From Myxococcota bacterium (GTDB taxonomy: Bacteria; Myxococcota; JACRCW01): a stretch of DNA of 17,413 bases. The stretch covers positions 1 to 17,413 of the forward strand of contig JBFMGU010000220.1 of the NCBI GenBank assembly GCA_040752415.1, given 5' to 3'. Position 1 is the stretch's first letter, and each line of letters begins with the position of its first letter. Under the pieces are notes generated by a model. It was not told where the DNA came from. It was given only the letters and a program-made list of their open reading frames with translations, and made no database searches. Below are positions 1 to 11,146 of the stretch, piece after piece. Position numbers and translations under genes: made by a program.

Positions 1-1266
1 GCGCTCCGGGCGCAACAACGTTTCCAACGAGGTGCCCAACGACGCGTCCGTGGTGGCCGCCACCGCGCGCTCCAGCCCCAATCCCCCGTCGAGGCCCGCC
101 GCGGCCCAGCGCGCCAGCCGCGCCGCCAGGAGCACCGCGGTGGCCCGGTCGGCCTGGAGGCGCCCCAGGGCTATCTTGCGCGCCACGGCGAGCTCGGCGG
201 GCTTGGCGGGGAGCATGGTCTTGGGATCCCACGCGGCGCCCAGCGCCTCCCGCACGTCCAGCGCGGTCCCCTGCGCGCCCAGGCACAGCGCCACCACCGA
301 GGGCTCCGAAGCGCTGGGCAGGTAGCGCACCTCACACTCGGCGGCCTGCGGCGTCTGCTCCTCCAGGCGCAAGCGGACCAGCTCCGCAAGCACCACGGCG
401 TCGGCGGGCGGGAGCGCGCGGGCGCGTTGGCCGTAGGCCAGGTAGCCAGGAGGAATCGCGGCCACGTCGTCGGCGAGGGGGCCTGCGGGCTCCGGGTCGC
501 GCGCCGTGGGCGCATCCGGCGCGGAGACCGGCACCAGGAACGTGCGTTGCAGCAGCGCCTCCAGGTCCCCCGGCGGCACCGGGCCCGCGCCCACCAGCAC
601 CATGCGGTCCGCGCTCCAGGCCTCCTCCACGTGCCACACCGCGGAGTCCACCGTCACCAGCGGCGGCACCCCCTCTCCCAACGCCAACGCCACGTCCTGC
701 GTCACCACCCGCGACACCACGGTGCGGAACACGTCATCCAGCTCCCACGCCGGACCAAAGGAGGTGAGGCGGTGGCGCGCGGCATTGAGCGCGGCGTCGG
801 TGAGCGGCGGCTGGCTCACGGCGCTGATGAGCGCGCCCACGTCGTCCTTCCAGCGCTCACGCAGGCTGTCCACGCCCACCACCACGCTGTTGTCCTCAAC
901 AACGACACCGCGCCCCGCCCCGCCCGCCGCCAGCACGCCCGCGTGGGGGCCGGAGAACAGCGCGGTGCTGGCCACCACGGCGGCCGCTCCGGGCGTGGGA
1001 TGCTCCGCCTTCAGGCGGTCCAGGCGCAGCACCAGGCGCGCGCTCACGGCGGGACCGGGCAGCTCCTCCCACACCACGCGCAACCCGTCGGCGCGGCCGG
1101 AGGCGAGCGCGGGCACCTCCACCGGCGGCGGCGGCTCGACGGGCGCGGCGGGCGCCACCGGCTCGGCGGCGGGCTTCACCTTGGCGCGCGCGGCGTGGAC
1201 CAACCCCACGCTGGCGGGAAGCACCAGGAGGACACCAGCCAGGAGGATGCGCGCGGGAGGTCTCAT
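1..1266 (-). CDS. Exported M16 (insulinase)-fold protein lacking the catalytic motif, subunit 2; stop lies beyond the left edge
   Basis: Not in the ORF track; translated by hand. ATG at 1266-1264 overlaps the TGA of the upstream gene (ATGA). The frame stays open for 422 codons to base 1. N-terminus MRPPARILLAGVLLVLPASVGLVHA looks like a Sec signal, followed by a Pro/Ala linker. M16-like landmarks: DGLRVVWEELPGPAVSARLVLR, WHVEEAWSADRMVLVGAGPVPPGDLEALLQRTF, and a C-terminal ...SLETLLRPER. The HXXEH position reads PGAAAVVASTALFSG. Confidence 0.72.
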   Translation of the reverse strand, partial: MRPPARILLAGVLLVLPASVGLVHAARAKVKPAAEPVAPAAPVEPPPPVEVPALASGRADGLRVVWEELPGPAVSARLVLRLDRLKAEHPTPGAAAVVASTALFSGPHAGVLAAGGAGRGVVVEDNSVVVGVDSLRERWKDDVGALISAVSQPPLTDAALNAARHRLTSFGPAWELDDVFRTVVSRVVTQDVALALGEGVPPLVTVDSAVWHVEEAWSADRMVLVGAGPVPPGDLEALLQRTFLVPVSAPDAPTARDPEPAGPLADDVAAIPPGYLAYGQRARALPPADAVVLAELVRLRLEEQTPQAAECEVRYLPSASEPSVVALCLGAQGTALDVREALGAAWDPKTMLPAKPAELAVARKIALGRLQADRATAVLLAARLARWAAAGLDGGLGLERAVAATTDASLGTSLETLLRPER

Positions 1267-2618
1267 GTGCCGGTCTGGGGGAGGCGACGGATGGACAGCC
1301 GCACGTTCTCCCCGCGCGCGCCTTCCAGCAGCTTGCGCACGTCGGGCGTGGGGGTGGCCATCACGGACTTGCGGAGGTCCACGGGCCGGTCGGTCACGGT
1401 GGCGAACGGGGCCAGCAACCGCACCGCACCCTCCGGGCTGGCGAACCGACGGGACAGCCGCGCACCCTCACGTTTGCGCAGGGCGTTGATCTCCTCGTCG
1501 GAGAGCTGGGTGGCGCCCTGGATGGCACCCTCCAGCACCTTCAGCTGCGCGGCCTGCTCCTCGGTGAGCGCCTGCTCGGTGGTGGCGCTGGAATGGTGCA
1601 CCGCGGCGAACACCACGGCGTTGCTGGCGGTCCACACGATGTCCGTGTGCCACGGCCCTGCGAGCGTCCCGCGCTCCATCTCCTCGGCCAGCAGCTCCGC
1701 GGTCCGCGCCCGCACCAGCAACGCACCGCCCGCGTTCTGCGGCCCCGGCATGGCCACGCCGGCCACGGTGATGGGCAGCTGTCCACGCTGCACCTGGTGG
1801 ACCGGCAGGCCCGGCTGTCCGGGCGCAATGGTCTCCCGGCTCATGGGGGCGCGGGAGAGGGCCGCCAGCAACGGACCGTAGTCGCGGCCACCACGCGGCC
1901 CGGCCACCACCAACGTCATCCCGCGCGTGCGGTACCAGGCGGCGTGGAACTCGCGCTGCGCGCGGTCGTCGACCATGCCCAATGTGTCGGTGGCGCCCCA
2001 CGCCGGCAGCTCGAACGGGCTCCCGGTCCAGCACACGCCGGCCACCGCGTCGGGGAGGCTGCGCAGCGCATCATGCCTTCGCGGCTCCAGCGTGGCGCGC
2101 ACGCGGGAGCGCGGCAGGCCCGCGGGATTGGGACGGGCGAGGTCCTTGAGGAACTGCGCCACCGCCGCCTGCATGCGCTCGGAAGGCCCCCGCAGGATGA
2201 ACGCGGCTCCTCCCGGGAGCATCTCCAGCTCCACGGTGACGCCAAAACGCGTGAGGTAGCCGGTGACGGCGGGTTCCAGCACCCAGCGGGCCACCGCCAA
2301 GGCCACCCCGGACTGCGCCAGGTCCTCCTGACGAGCGCCCGCGCGCACCACCACGGCCACCGCGGTCATGGGCCCGGGACGGTTCACGCCCCAGATGACA
2401 CCGCCGTTCTTGAGCTGCTCGAACTGGACGGCGGTGGAGAGCTCCTCGTCCTCCGACGGCGCGGCGGGCGCGGCCGACTCCGCGGCGACGGGCGCGGCCT
2501 TCTGGGCGGGACGCGCGGGCTTCTTGCGCGGCTTGGCCCACACGTCCTGGGCCGTGAGGGCCAGCGTGATGGCCAGCGCCAGGGTGCCAGCCGCCTTGAC
2601 CGGGAGCACGCGCGCCAT
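1263..2618 (-). CDS. Exported M16 (insulinase)-fold protein lacking the catalytic motif, subunit 1 (~451 aa)
   Basis: ORF 1263..2669. Preferred start is ATG at 2618, giving signal peptide MARVLPVKAAGTLALAITLALTAQDVWA and then a Lys/Pro/Ala linker. M16 landmarks: QLKNGGVIW, VAVVVRAGARQE, SPFELPAWG, REFHAAWYRTRGMTLVVAG. The HXXEH position reads SGVALAVARWV. Confidence 0.8.
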   Translation of the reverse strand: MARVLPVKAAGTLALAITLALTAQDVWAKPRKKPARPAQKAAPVAAESAAPAAPSEDEELSTAVQFEQLKNGGVIWGVNRPGPMTAVAVVVRAGARQEDLAQSGVALAVARWVLEPAVTGYLTRFGVTVELEMLPGGAAFILRGPSERMQAAVAQFLKDLARPNPAGLPRSRVRATLEPRRHDALRSLPDAVAGVCWTGSPFELPAWGATDTLGMVDDRAQREFHAAWYRTRGMTLVVAGPRGGRDYGPLLAALSRAPMSRETIAPGQPGLPVHQVQRGQLPITVAGVAMPGPQNAGGALLVRARTAELLAEEMERGTLAGPWHTDIVWTASNAVVFAAVHHSSATTEQALTEEQAAQLKVLEGAIQGATQLSDEEINALRKREGARLSRRFASPEGAVRLLAPFATVTDRPVDLRKSVMATPTPDVRKLLEGARGENVRLSIRRLPQTGT

Positions 2619-2627
2619 GGGAGCGGG

Positions 2628-2657
2628 ACTGTGTGGCAGCAGGCCCCAGGCGGTCAA
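2628..2657 (-). promoter_or_regulatory. Possible sigma70-type promoter for the M16 pair
   Basis: Minus strand TTGACC (2657-2652), 18-nt spacer, CACAGT (2633-2628), 9 nt before the ATG at 2618. No Shine-Dalgarno is visible. The -10 match is weak. Confidence 0.3.
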
Positions 2658-2678
2658 CGCCGGAGGCACGGGGCCCCG

Positions 2679-4079
<1,401 letters not shown>

Positions 4080-4085
4080 GACTGC

Positions 4086-5807
4086 CTATGCTCCCAACGT
4101 GATGGACGTGCTTGGGGACGGAACCAGGCTCTCACCCTGGTGCGCCGGGAAGGTGACGTAGAACGCCGCGCCCGGGCCGCCCGCGTGCTCCAGACCGGCC
4201 ATGCCGCCGTGCGCTTCCATGATGCGGTGGACAATGGCCAGGCCCAACCCCGTCCCGCCCGGCTTGGTGGTGAAGAACGGCTCGAACAGCGCGCGCTCCA
4301 CCTCCGGGGGGACGCCCGGCCCCTTGTCCACGACGGTGACGCGCACGCCGTGCGGATTGTCCTTGGACAGCGGCGCACGCTCCACGCTCACCACCACCAC
4401 CTCCCCCGCGGGCGAGGCCTGCGCGGCGTTGCGCAAGAGGTTCCACAGCACCTGTCGCAGCTGGCCGCTGTCCGCCTGCACCTTGAGGCCACGCTGACCC
4501 TGGGTACGGATGGAGACGGTGTTGAGACCGGGGTCGCGGGCGAAGTCCTCGGTGACCTCCCGCAGCATCTCGTCCAGGTCCACGGCGGCCAGCTGCGGGG
4601 GATGCGGGCGTGCGTAGTGCAGGAAGTCCTGGACCAGCCGGGCCAACCGCTCCGCCTCCCGGTGGACGATGTTGAGCAGCCGTTGCTCGTCGCCACTCCG
4701 GCTGTCCCCCTGCTTGAGCAGCTCCACGCAGCCAATCATCGACCCCAGCGGGTTGCGCAGCTCATGGGCCAGGCCGGCCGCAAACTGGCCCACGGTGGCC
4801 AGTCGGCTCTGCAATGCAATGGCCGCCTCCAGCCGACGCTGCTCCGTCACGTCCTGCAGCACCACCACCGCGCCGGTGCGCGCGCCATCCGGCATGGGCA
4901 GCGGGGAGACCGCAAAGGCAATCTGGCGGGTGCTGCCGTCGGGATGCGGGTAGCGGAACTCACCTTCGGCGCGCTGGTCCGGCAGGCGGTCCGCGCTCAT
5001 GGGCGGCAACATCTCGTGGAGTGGGCGCCACAGGGCCTGGCCCTCGGTGAGCCCCAGGATGCGCGCGGCGGCGGGGTTGATGAGCTGCACCACGCCGGCG
5101 GCGTTGACGGAGAGCAGGCCGCTGGGCAGCGACTGCACCATGGCGCTCTGCAATGACTGCAACGCGCGCAGGTCCAGGCGCGTGCGCTGCAACGTCTCAC
5201 CGGACCGACGCAGCTGCTCACTGAGCTGCCCGCCCATCATGGCCACGAGGAAGTTGGCACCCGCGGTGGCGGTGACCATGGAGAGTGCTTCCCGGTCAAA
5301 GGGACCGCCCGGCTCGTCAATGCGCTGCAGCAGCCCGCTGACCTGCATGGCGGCCAGCGCCGCGAACGCACCGGAGTTGACCGCCGCCACGGTGTAGCCC
5401 GCGGTGCGGGAGACCAGCGCCGCCGCGTAGAGGGTGTTGAGCGGGTAGAGGAACGTCAGGACGCTGTCCTGGCCGCCGGTGGCGTAGACCAGCGCGGTGG
5501 TGAACGCCACGTCGGCAAGGAGCTGCAGGTAGCCCAGGATGCCCGGGTCCAACCGGGACCGAACACGCAGCAGCCCCGCCACGACGAGCGAGAAGATGAA
5601 GGCGCCCGCCAGCGAGCCGTAGAAGAGCAGCGTGGGAGGGAGGCGGAGCGCGGCGGGCGCGCGCAGGTGCAGCACCGCGCCACCCACCAGCAGCACCAGC
5701 GAGGATGCAATGCGGAACAGCAGCAGCCACTGGCCATGCGGGAGGTGGCTGCTTTCCTGCTCGGCGCGAACGGCGCGCACCACGACGTCACTTCCGGCAG
5801 GAGGCAC
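4086..5807 (-). CDS. pilS: Membrane sensor histidine kinase PilS
   Basis: Multiple N-terminal TM helices including ALVYATGGQDSVLTFLYPL, a PAS domain, H-box AAGLAHELRNPL, N-box QVLWNLLRNA, then DKGPG, FEPFFTTK and GTGLGL. Lies between pilC and pilR. Exact start codon uncertain (GTG 5807 or a GTG near 5783). Confidence 0.9.
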   Translation of the reverse strand: MPPAGSDVVVRAVRAEQESSHLPHGQWLLLFRIASSLVLLVGGAVLHLRAPAALRLPPTLLFYGSLAGAFIFSLVVAGLLRVRSRLDPGILGYLQLLADVAFTTALVYATGGQDSVLTFLYPLNTLYAAALVSRTAGYTVAAVNSGAFAALAAMQVSGLLQRIDEPGGPFDREALSMVTATAGANFLVAMMGGQLSEQLRRSGETLQRTRLDLRALQSLQSAMVQSLPSGLLSVNAAGVVQLINPAAARILGLTEGQALWRPLHEMLPPMSADRLPDQRAEGEFRYPHPDGSTRQIAFAVSPLPMPDGARTGAVVVLQDVTEQRRLEAAIALQSRLATVGQFAAGLAHELRNPLGSMIGCVELLKQGDSRSGDEQRLLNIVHREAERLARLVQDFLHYARPHPPQLAAVDLDEMLREVTEDFARDPGLNTVSIRTQGQRGLKVQADSGQLRQVLWNLLRNAAQASPAGEVVVVSVERAPLSKDNPHGVRVTVVDKGPGVPPEVERALFEPFFTTKPGGTGLGLAIVHRIMEAHGGMAGLEHAGGPGAAFYVTFPAHQGESLVPSPSTSITLGA

Positions 5808-5821
5808 AACGCGGGCGGGAC

Positions 5822-7033
<1,212 letters not shown>

Positions 7034-7075
7034 GGACTCCTCCCAGGGAACAGGCGCGCTGGCGCCGTCCCGGCA

Positions 7076-8236
7076 TTACCGACCCGCACCTCCCGGCCGC
7101 GGCGGCCCGCCCTGGGGCCCCCCGGTGACGGCGAGGGTGGGACTGACAAAGGTCTGCTTGCCAACGGCCACGCCGGCCTGCTGGAGCATGTTCCGCAGCT
7201 CCTCAAGCTCTCCGGAGCGGCTCATGGCCTCCTCCACGGAGATCAGCCGGCGCACCACCAGGTTCACCAGGCACTGGTTCAGCGTCTGCATGCCGAACTT
7301 GCTCTGGCCCACCTGCATCTGGCTGTAGATCTGGTGGATCTTGTCCTCACGGATCAGGTTCCGGATGGCGGCGTTGGGAACCATGATTTCCAGCACCAGC
7401 ACCCGGCCCTGCCCGGTCATCTTGGGCGCCAGCTGCTGGCTCAGCACGCCTTCCAACACGAAGGAGAGCTGCGCACGCACCTGCGGCTGCTGGTACGGCG
7501 GGAACACGTCCACCATGCGGTTGATGGACTGCACGCAGCTGTTGGTGTGCAGCGTGCCCATGGCCAGGTGGCCCGTCTCGGAAACCACCAGCGCGGCTTC
7601 AATGGTTTCCAGGTCGCGCATCTCACCCACCAGCACCACGTCCGGGTCCTGGCGGAGCACGTACTTGAGGGCCTTCTTGAAGCTGTCGGTGTCCGCGCCC
7701 ACCTCACGCTGATTGACGATGCAGTTCTTGTGAGGATGGAGGAACTCGATGGGGTCCTCGATGGTGAGGATGTGCTCGTGACGCTCGCTGTTGATCTTGT
7801 CGATGATGGTGGCGATGGTGGTGGACTTGCCGGAGCCGGTGGGCCCGGTCACCAGCACCAGGCCGCGGGGCTTGTTGGCAATCTCCGCCACGATGGGCGG
7901 GAGCCCCAGCTCCTGGAAGGTGAGGATCTTGAAGGGAATGGTCCGGAACGCACCGGCCACGGCGCCACGCTGCAGGAACAGGTTGGCGCGGAAGCGGCTG
8001 AGGCTCTTGACGCCGAAGGAGAGGTCCAGCTCGTTCTCCTCCTCGAACTTGTGCTTCTGGGCGTCGGTGAGGATGGAGTAGCAGATCTGCTTGGTGTCCA
8101 CCGGCGTCAGCGGCGGCGTCTTGAGCGGCACCAGGCTGCCGTCAATGCGCAGCTGGGGCGGGGAGCCGGTGGTGACGTGGAGGTCACTGGCGCCCTTCTC
8201 GATCATGGCCTTCAGGAGCTGGTGAAGATTGGCCAT
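7076..8236 (-). CDS. pilT: Type IV pilus retraction ATPase PilT
   Basis: ASDLH, Walker A GPTGSGKST, TIEDPIEF, LRQDPDVVLVGEMRD, His box ETGHLAMGTLHT, and the PilT signature AIRNLIRE. SD GGAG lies 5 nt before the ATG. Confidence 0.97.
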   Translation of the reverse strand: MANLHQLLKAMIEKGASDLHVTTGSPPQLRIDGSLVPLKTPPLTPVDTKQICYSILTDAQKHKFEEENELDLSFGVKSLSRFRANLFLQRGAVAGAFRTIPFKILTFQELGLPPIVAEIANKPRGLVLVTGPTGSGKSTTIATIIDKINSERHEHILTIEDPIEFLHPHKNCIVNQREVGADTDSFKKALKYVLRQDPDVVLVGEMRDLETIEAALVVSETGHLAMGTLHTNSCVQSINRMVDVFPPYQQPQVRAQLSFVLEGVLSQQLAPKMTGQGRVLVLEIMVPNAAIRNLIREDKIHQIYSQMQVGQSKFGMQTLNQCLVNLVVRRLISVEEAMSRSGELEELRNMLQQAGVAVGKQTFVSPTLAVTGGPQGGPPRPGGAGR

Positions 8237-8294
8237 TCTTTCTCCGGTTACTTCCTTCTAGGCGCGGCCGGCCCCGTTCAGGCAGATCCGCGAG

Positions 8295-8323
8295 ATGATG
8301 CCACCCGGGTTGTGACCCGTCAA
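8295..8323 (-). promoter_or_regulatory. Putative sigma70-type promoter upstream of pilT
   Basis: Minus strand TTGACG (8323-8318), 17-nt spacer ending in TGG, then CATCAT (8300-8295), an extended -10 arrangement. It lies in the 109-bp pilB-pilT gap. Confidence 0.55.
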
Positions 8324-8345
8324 AAGAACCACCCCGCCCCTCCGA

Positions 8346-10082
8346 CTAGTCGGCGGCGCTCACACGGAGGACCTCCTCCAGGGTGGTGATGCCTTCCTTG
8401 AACTTCTTGACCGCGCTCATGCGGAGGGTCTGCATCCCCAGGCGGATGGCCTCCTGCTTGATTTCACCGGTGGAGGCGCCGTTGAGGACGAACTCCTTGA
8501 GCTCATCCTTCATGGTCAGCACCTCGTAGAGCGCCACGCGGCCCTTGTAGCCGGTCTCACTGCAGGTGGCGCAGCCCTTCCCCTTCTTGGGGACAAAGGT
8601 GCCAATGTCCTCCGGTTTCACCTGCGCCTGCATCATGGCGTCCTTGGCCAGCTCCACGTCCTGCCCGCAGTCCTTGCAGACACGACGCGCCAGACGCTGC
8701 GCCACGATCACGTTCACCGACGCCGTCACCAGGAAGGGCTCAATGCCCATGTTGAGCATGCGGGTGATGGTGGAGGGCGCGTCATTGGTGTGGAGCGTGG
8801 AGAGCACCATGTGGCCGGTGAGTGAGGCCTTCACCGCGATTTCCGCCGTCTCGAAGTCACGGATCTCGCCCACCATGATGATGTTGGGGTCCTGGCGGAG
8901 GAAGGAGCGGAGCGCGGCGGAGAAGTTGAGGCCAATGTCGTCGTGCATCTGCACCTGGTTGATGCCGGCGAAGTTGAACTCGACGGGGTCTTCCGCGGTG
9001 GAGATGTTGACGGAGGTGCTGTTGAGGGAGCTGAGCGCGGAGTACAGCGTGGTGGTCTTGCCCGACCCCGTGGGTCCGGTCACCAGGCACATGCCGTAGG
9101 GCTTCTTGATGCCGTTGGTGAAGTCGGTGATCTGGTGCGGCTCAAAGCCCAGCTTGGTCATGTCCAGCTGGAGGTTGCTCTTGTCCAACAGCCGCATGAC
9201 CACCTTCTCTCCGAAGAGACAGGGCAGCACGCTGACGCGGTAGTCCATCTCCTTGCCGGCGCCGACCTTGAGCTTGATACGACCGTCCTGCGGCAGGCGA
9301 CGCTCAGCGATGTCCAGGTCCGCCATGATCTTGATGCGGGAGGTGATGGCGTTCTTGAGCTTGAGCGGGGGCTTCATCACCTCGTAGAGCATGCCGTCAA
9401 TGCGGTAGCGGACGCGGAAGTCCTTCTCGTACGGCTCGATGTGGATGTCGCTGGCCTTCTTCTTGATGGCGTCCACCAGGATGAGGTTCACCAGCTTGAC
9501 CACCGGTGCGTCGCCGGCCTGGTTCTCCAGGTCCACGGCGTTGAGCTCCGCCTCCGCTTCCGCGACCGAAACCTCCTTGTCGTCGAACTCGCTGAGGATC
9601 TCCTCCGCGCTCATGCCGGGGGGCAGGTCTCCGCCGCCCGCGGCCGCCGCGGCCGCCGCCGCGCTGTAGTAGCGCTCAATGGCGCTCTTGATGGCCCCCT
9701 CGCTGGCGACGACGACCTCGATGTTGTAGCCGGTGAGGAACTTGATGTCGTCGATGGCGAAGATGTTGGACGGGTCACTCATGGCGACGATGAGCGAGGC
9801 GCCCGCGCGGTTCACCGGGATGACCTGGTGCTTCTCCGCCACTTCCTTGGGGATGAGCTTGATGACCTCCGCCTCGATCTCGAAGTCCGCGAGATTGATG
9901 GCGGGGACGCCGTACTGCTTGCTGAGGAAGTTGGTGAGGTCCTGCTCCTCAATGAAGCCCAGCTTGGTCAGGTTGTAACCAAGCTTGCCTCCGTTCTTGC
10001 GCTGCTCCTCCTGCGCCTTCTGCAGCTGCTGGAGGGAGATGAGGTTTTCACGGACCAGCAATTCGCCGAGACGACCGGCCAT
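8346..10082 (-). CDS. pilB: Type IV pilus extension ATPase PilB (~578 aa)
   Basis: Start moved to ATG 10082 (SD GGAGGT, protein begins MAGRLGELLVREN). MshEN-like N-terminus, ASDIHIEP, ERRLPQDGRI, Walker A GPTGSGKTT, LRQDPNIIMVGEIRD, TGHMVLSTLHTND, tetra-Cys CKDC...CATC, GYKGR. Confidence 0.97.
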   Translation of the reverse strand: MAGRLGELLVRENLISLQQLQKAQEEQRKNGGKLGYNLTKLGFIEEQDLTNFLSKQYGVPAINLADFEIEAEVIKLIPKEVAEKHQVIPVNRAGASLIVAMSDPSNIFAIDDIKFLTGYNIEVVVASEGAIKSAIERYYSAAAAAAAAGGGDLPPGMSAEEILSEFDDKEVSVAEAEAELNAVDLENQAGDAPVVKLVNLILVDAIKKKASDIHIEPYEKDFRVRYRIDGMLYEVMKPPLKLKNAITSRIKIMADLDIAERRLPQDGRIKLKVGAGKEMDYRVSVLPCLFGEKVVMRLLDKSNLQLDMTKLGFEPHQITDFTNGIKKPYGMCLVTGPTGSGKTTTLYSALSSLNSTSVNISTAEDPVEFNFAGINQVQMHDDIGLNFSAALRSFLRQDPNIIMVGEIRDFETAEIAVKASLTGHMVLSTLHTNDAPSTITRMLNMGIEPFLVTASVNVIVAQRLARRVCKDCGQDVELAKDAMMQAQVKPEDIGTFVPKKGKGCATCSETGYKGRVALYEVLTMKDELKEFVLNGASTGEIKQEAIRLGMQTLRMSAVKKFKEGITTLEEVLRVSAAD

Positions 10083-10144
10083 GGACAGACCTCCCGATGA
10101 CAGGGATGGGCAGGCACGGGACACCGCCCGCGCGGAGGGCGCTA

Positions 10145-10174
10145 GACGTATCAGCGTGAAGGAAGGCGGGGCAA
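10145..10174 (-). promoter_or_regulatory. Possible promoter upstream of pilB
   Basis: Minus strand TTGCCC (10174-10169), 18-nt spacer ending in TGA, then TACGTC (10150-10145), within the 123-bp ribF-pilB gap. Imperfect match to consensus. Confidence 0.3.
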
Positions 10175-10205
10175 GAAGCCTTTGATGTGGGTGGAGCGTT
10201 CTGCG

Positions 10206-11144
10206 TCAGCCGCCGGACAGGAAGCGGCGGGCGTAGGCCACGTCCTGCTCAATCTGCGCCTTGAGCTGCTCCACGCCGGCAAAGCGTTTCTCGTCGCGGA
10301 GGCGACGGAGGAAGCGGACCTCCAGGCGCTGGCCGTAGAGGTCCCCGGTGAAGTCCAGCAGGTGCGCCTCCACCGTGACCGGACCGCCGCCAAAGGTAGG
10401 GCTCACCCCCACATTGACCACGGCGGGATGGGCAGGCCTGGCCTCCACGTCCCGGAGCACCACCTGCGCCACGTAGACGCCCAGCCGCGGCAACAGCTCC
10501 ACCGGCGCGCTGACGTTGGCGGTGGGGAAGCCCAGCAGCCGTCCGCGGTGGTTGCCGTGCACGACGACGCCACGCACGGAGAACGGGCGCCCCAGCAGGA
10601 TGGCCGCGCCCTCCACGTTGCCTTCCAGCACCAGCTCCCGGATCTTGGTGCTGCTGCAGAGCATGCCGTTGACGTCGACGGGATTGACCACGTCCACCAG
10701 GAAGCCCAGCTCCGCGCCCAGCCGGGTGAGCAGCTCCGGGTTGCCCTTGCGGGCATGACCGAAGGTGAAGTTGTAGCCCACCACCGCGGCCTTGATGCCC
10801 AGCGCCCCGACGAGGACGTTGCGCACGAAGTCCTCCGCCGGCGTCTTGGCGAGCTCCGGGGTGAACGGCTCCAGCACCACCGCGTCCAGGCCCAGCTCCT
10901 CGAGGAGGTCCAGCCGGTGCTCCAGCGGGACGATGAGGGGCGGAGCCAGCGCGGGGGCCAGCACGCGCGTGGGATGCGGCTCGAAGGTGAAGGCCAGGGC
11001 CGGACCGCCCAGCTTGCGCGCGTGCTCCACGGCCCTCTGGACCAGCACCTGGTGACCGCGGTGCACGCCGTCAAAATTGCCCAACGCCACCGCGCCGCCG
11101 CGCGCCAGGGTGCCGGCGTCCTGGTGGCCCCTCAAGATGTGCAT
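10206..11144 (-). CDS. ribF: Bifunctional riboflavin kinase / FAD synthetase
   Basis: GNFDGVHRGHQ, TFEPHP, VVGYNFTFG, SSTKIR, GRLLGFPTAN, EAHLLDF, LRDEKRF. 312 aa. Confidence 0.97.
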   Translation of the reverse strand: MHILRGHQDAGTLARGGAVALGNFDGVHRGHQVLVQRAVEHARKLGGPALAFTFEPHPTRVLAPALAPPLIVPLEHRLDLLEELGLDAVVLEPFTPELAKTPAEDFVRNVLVGALGIKAAVVGYNFTFGHARKGNPELLTRLGAELGFLVDVVNPVDVNGMLCSSTKIRELVLEGNVEGAAILLGRPFSVRGVVVHGNHRGRLLGFPTANVSAPVELLPRLGVYVAQVVLRDVEARPAHPAVVNVGVSPTFGGGPVTVEAHLLDFTGDLYGQRLEVRFLRRLRDEKRFAGVEQLKAQIEQDVAYARRFLSGG

Positions 11145-11146
11145 GT

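Noticed and set aside
1172..1183. GFTL peptide in plus-strand ORF 506..1489 resembling a prepilin cleavage site
   Set aside because: No Glu at +5, no following hydrophobic helix, internal position, and antisense to a real gene. It is not the missing pilA.
427..1881. Plus-strand ORFs 427..1881 and 506..1489
   Set aside because: Arg/His/Ser-rich low-information translations antisense to the two M16-like genes.
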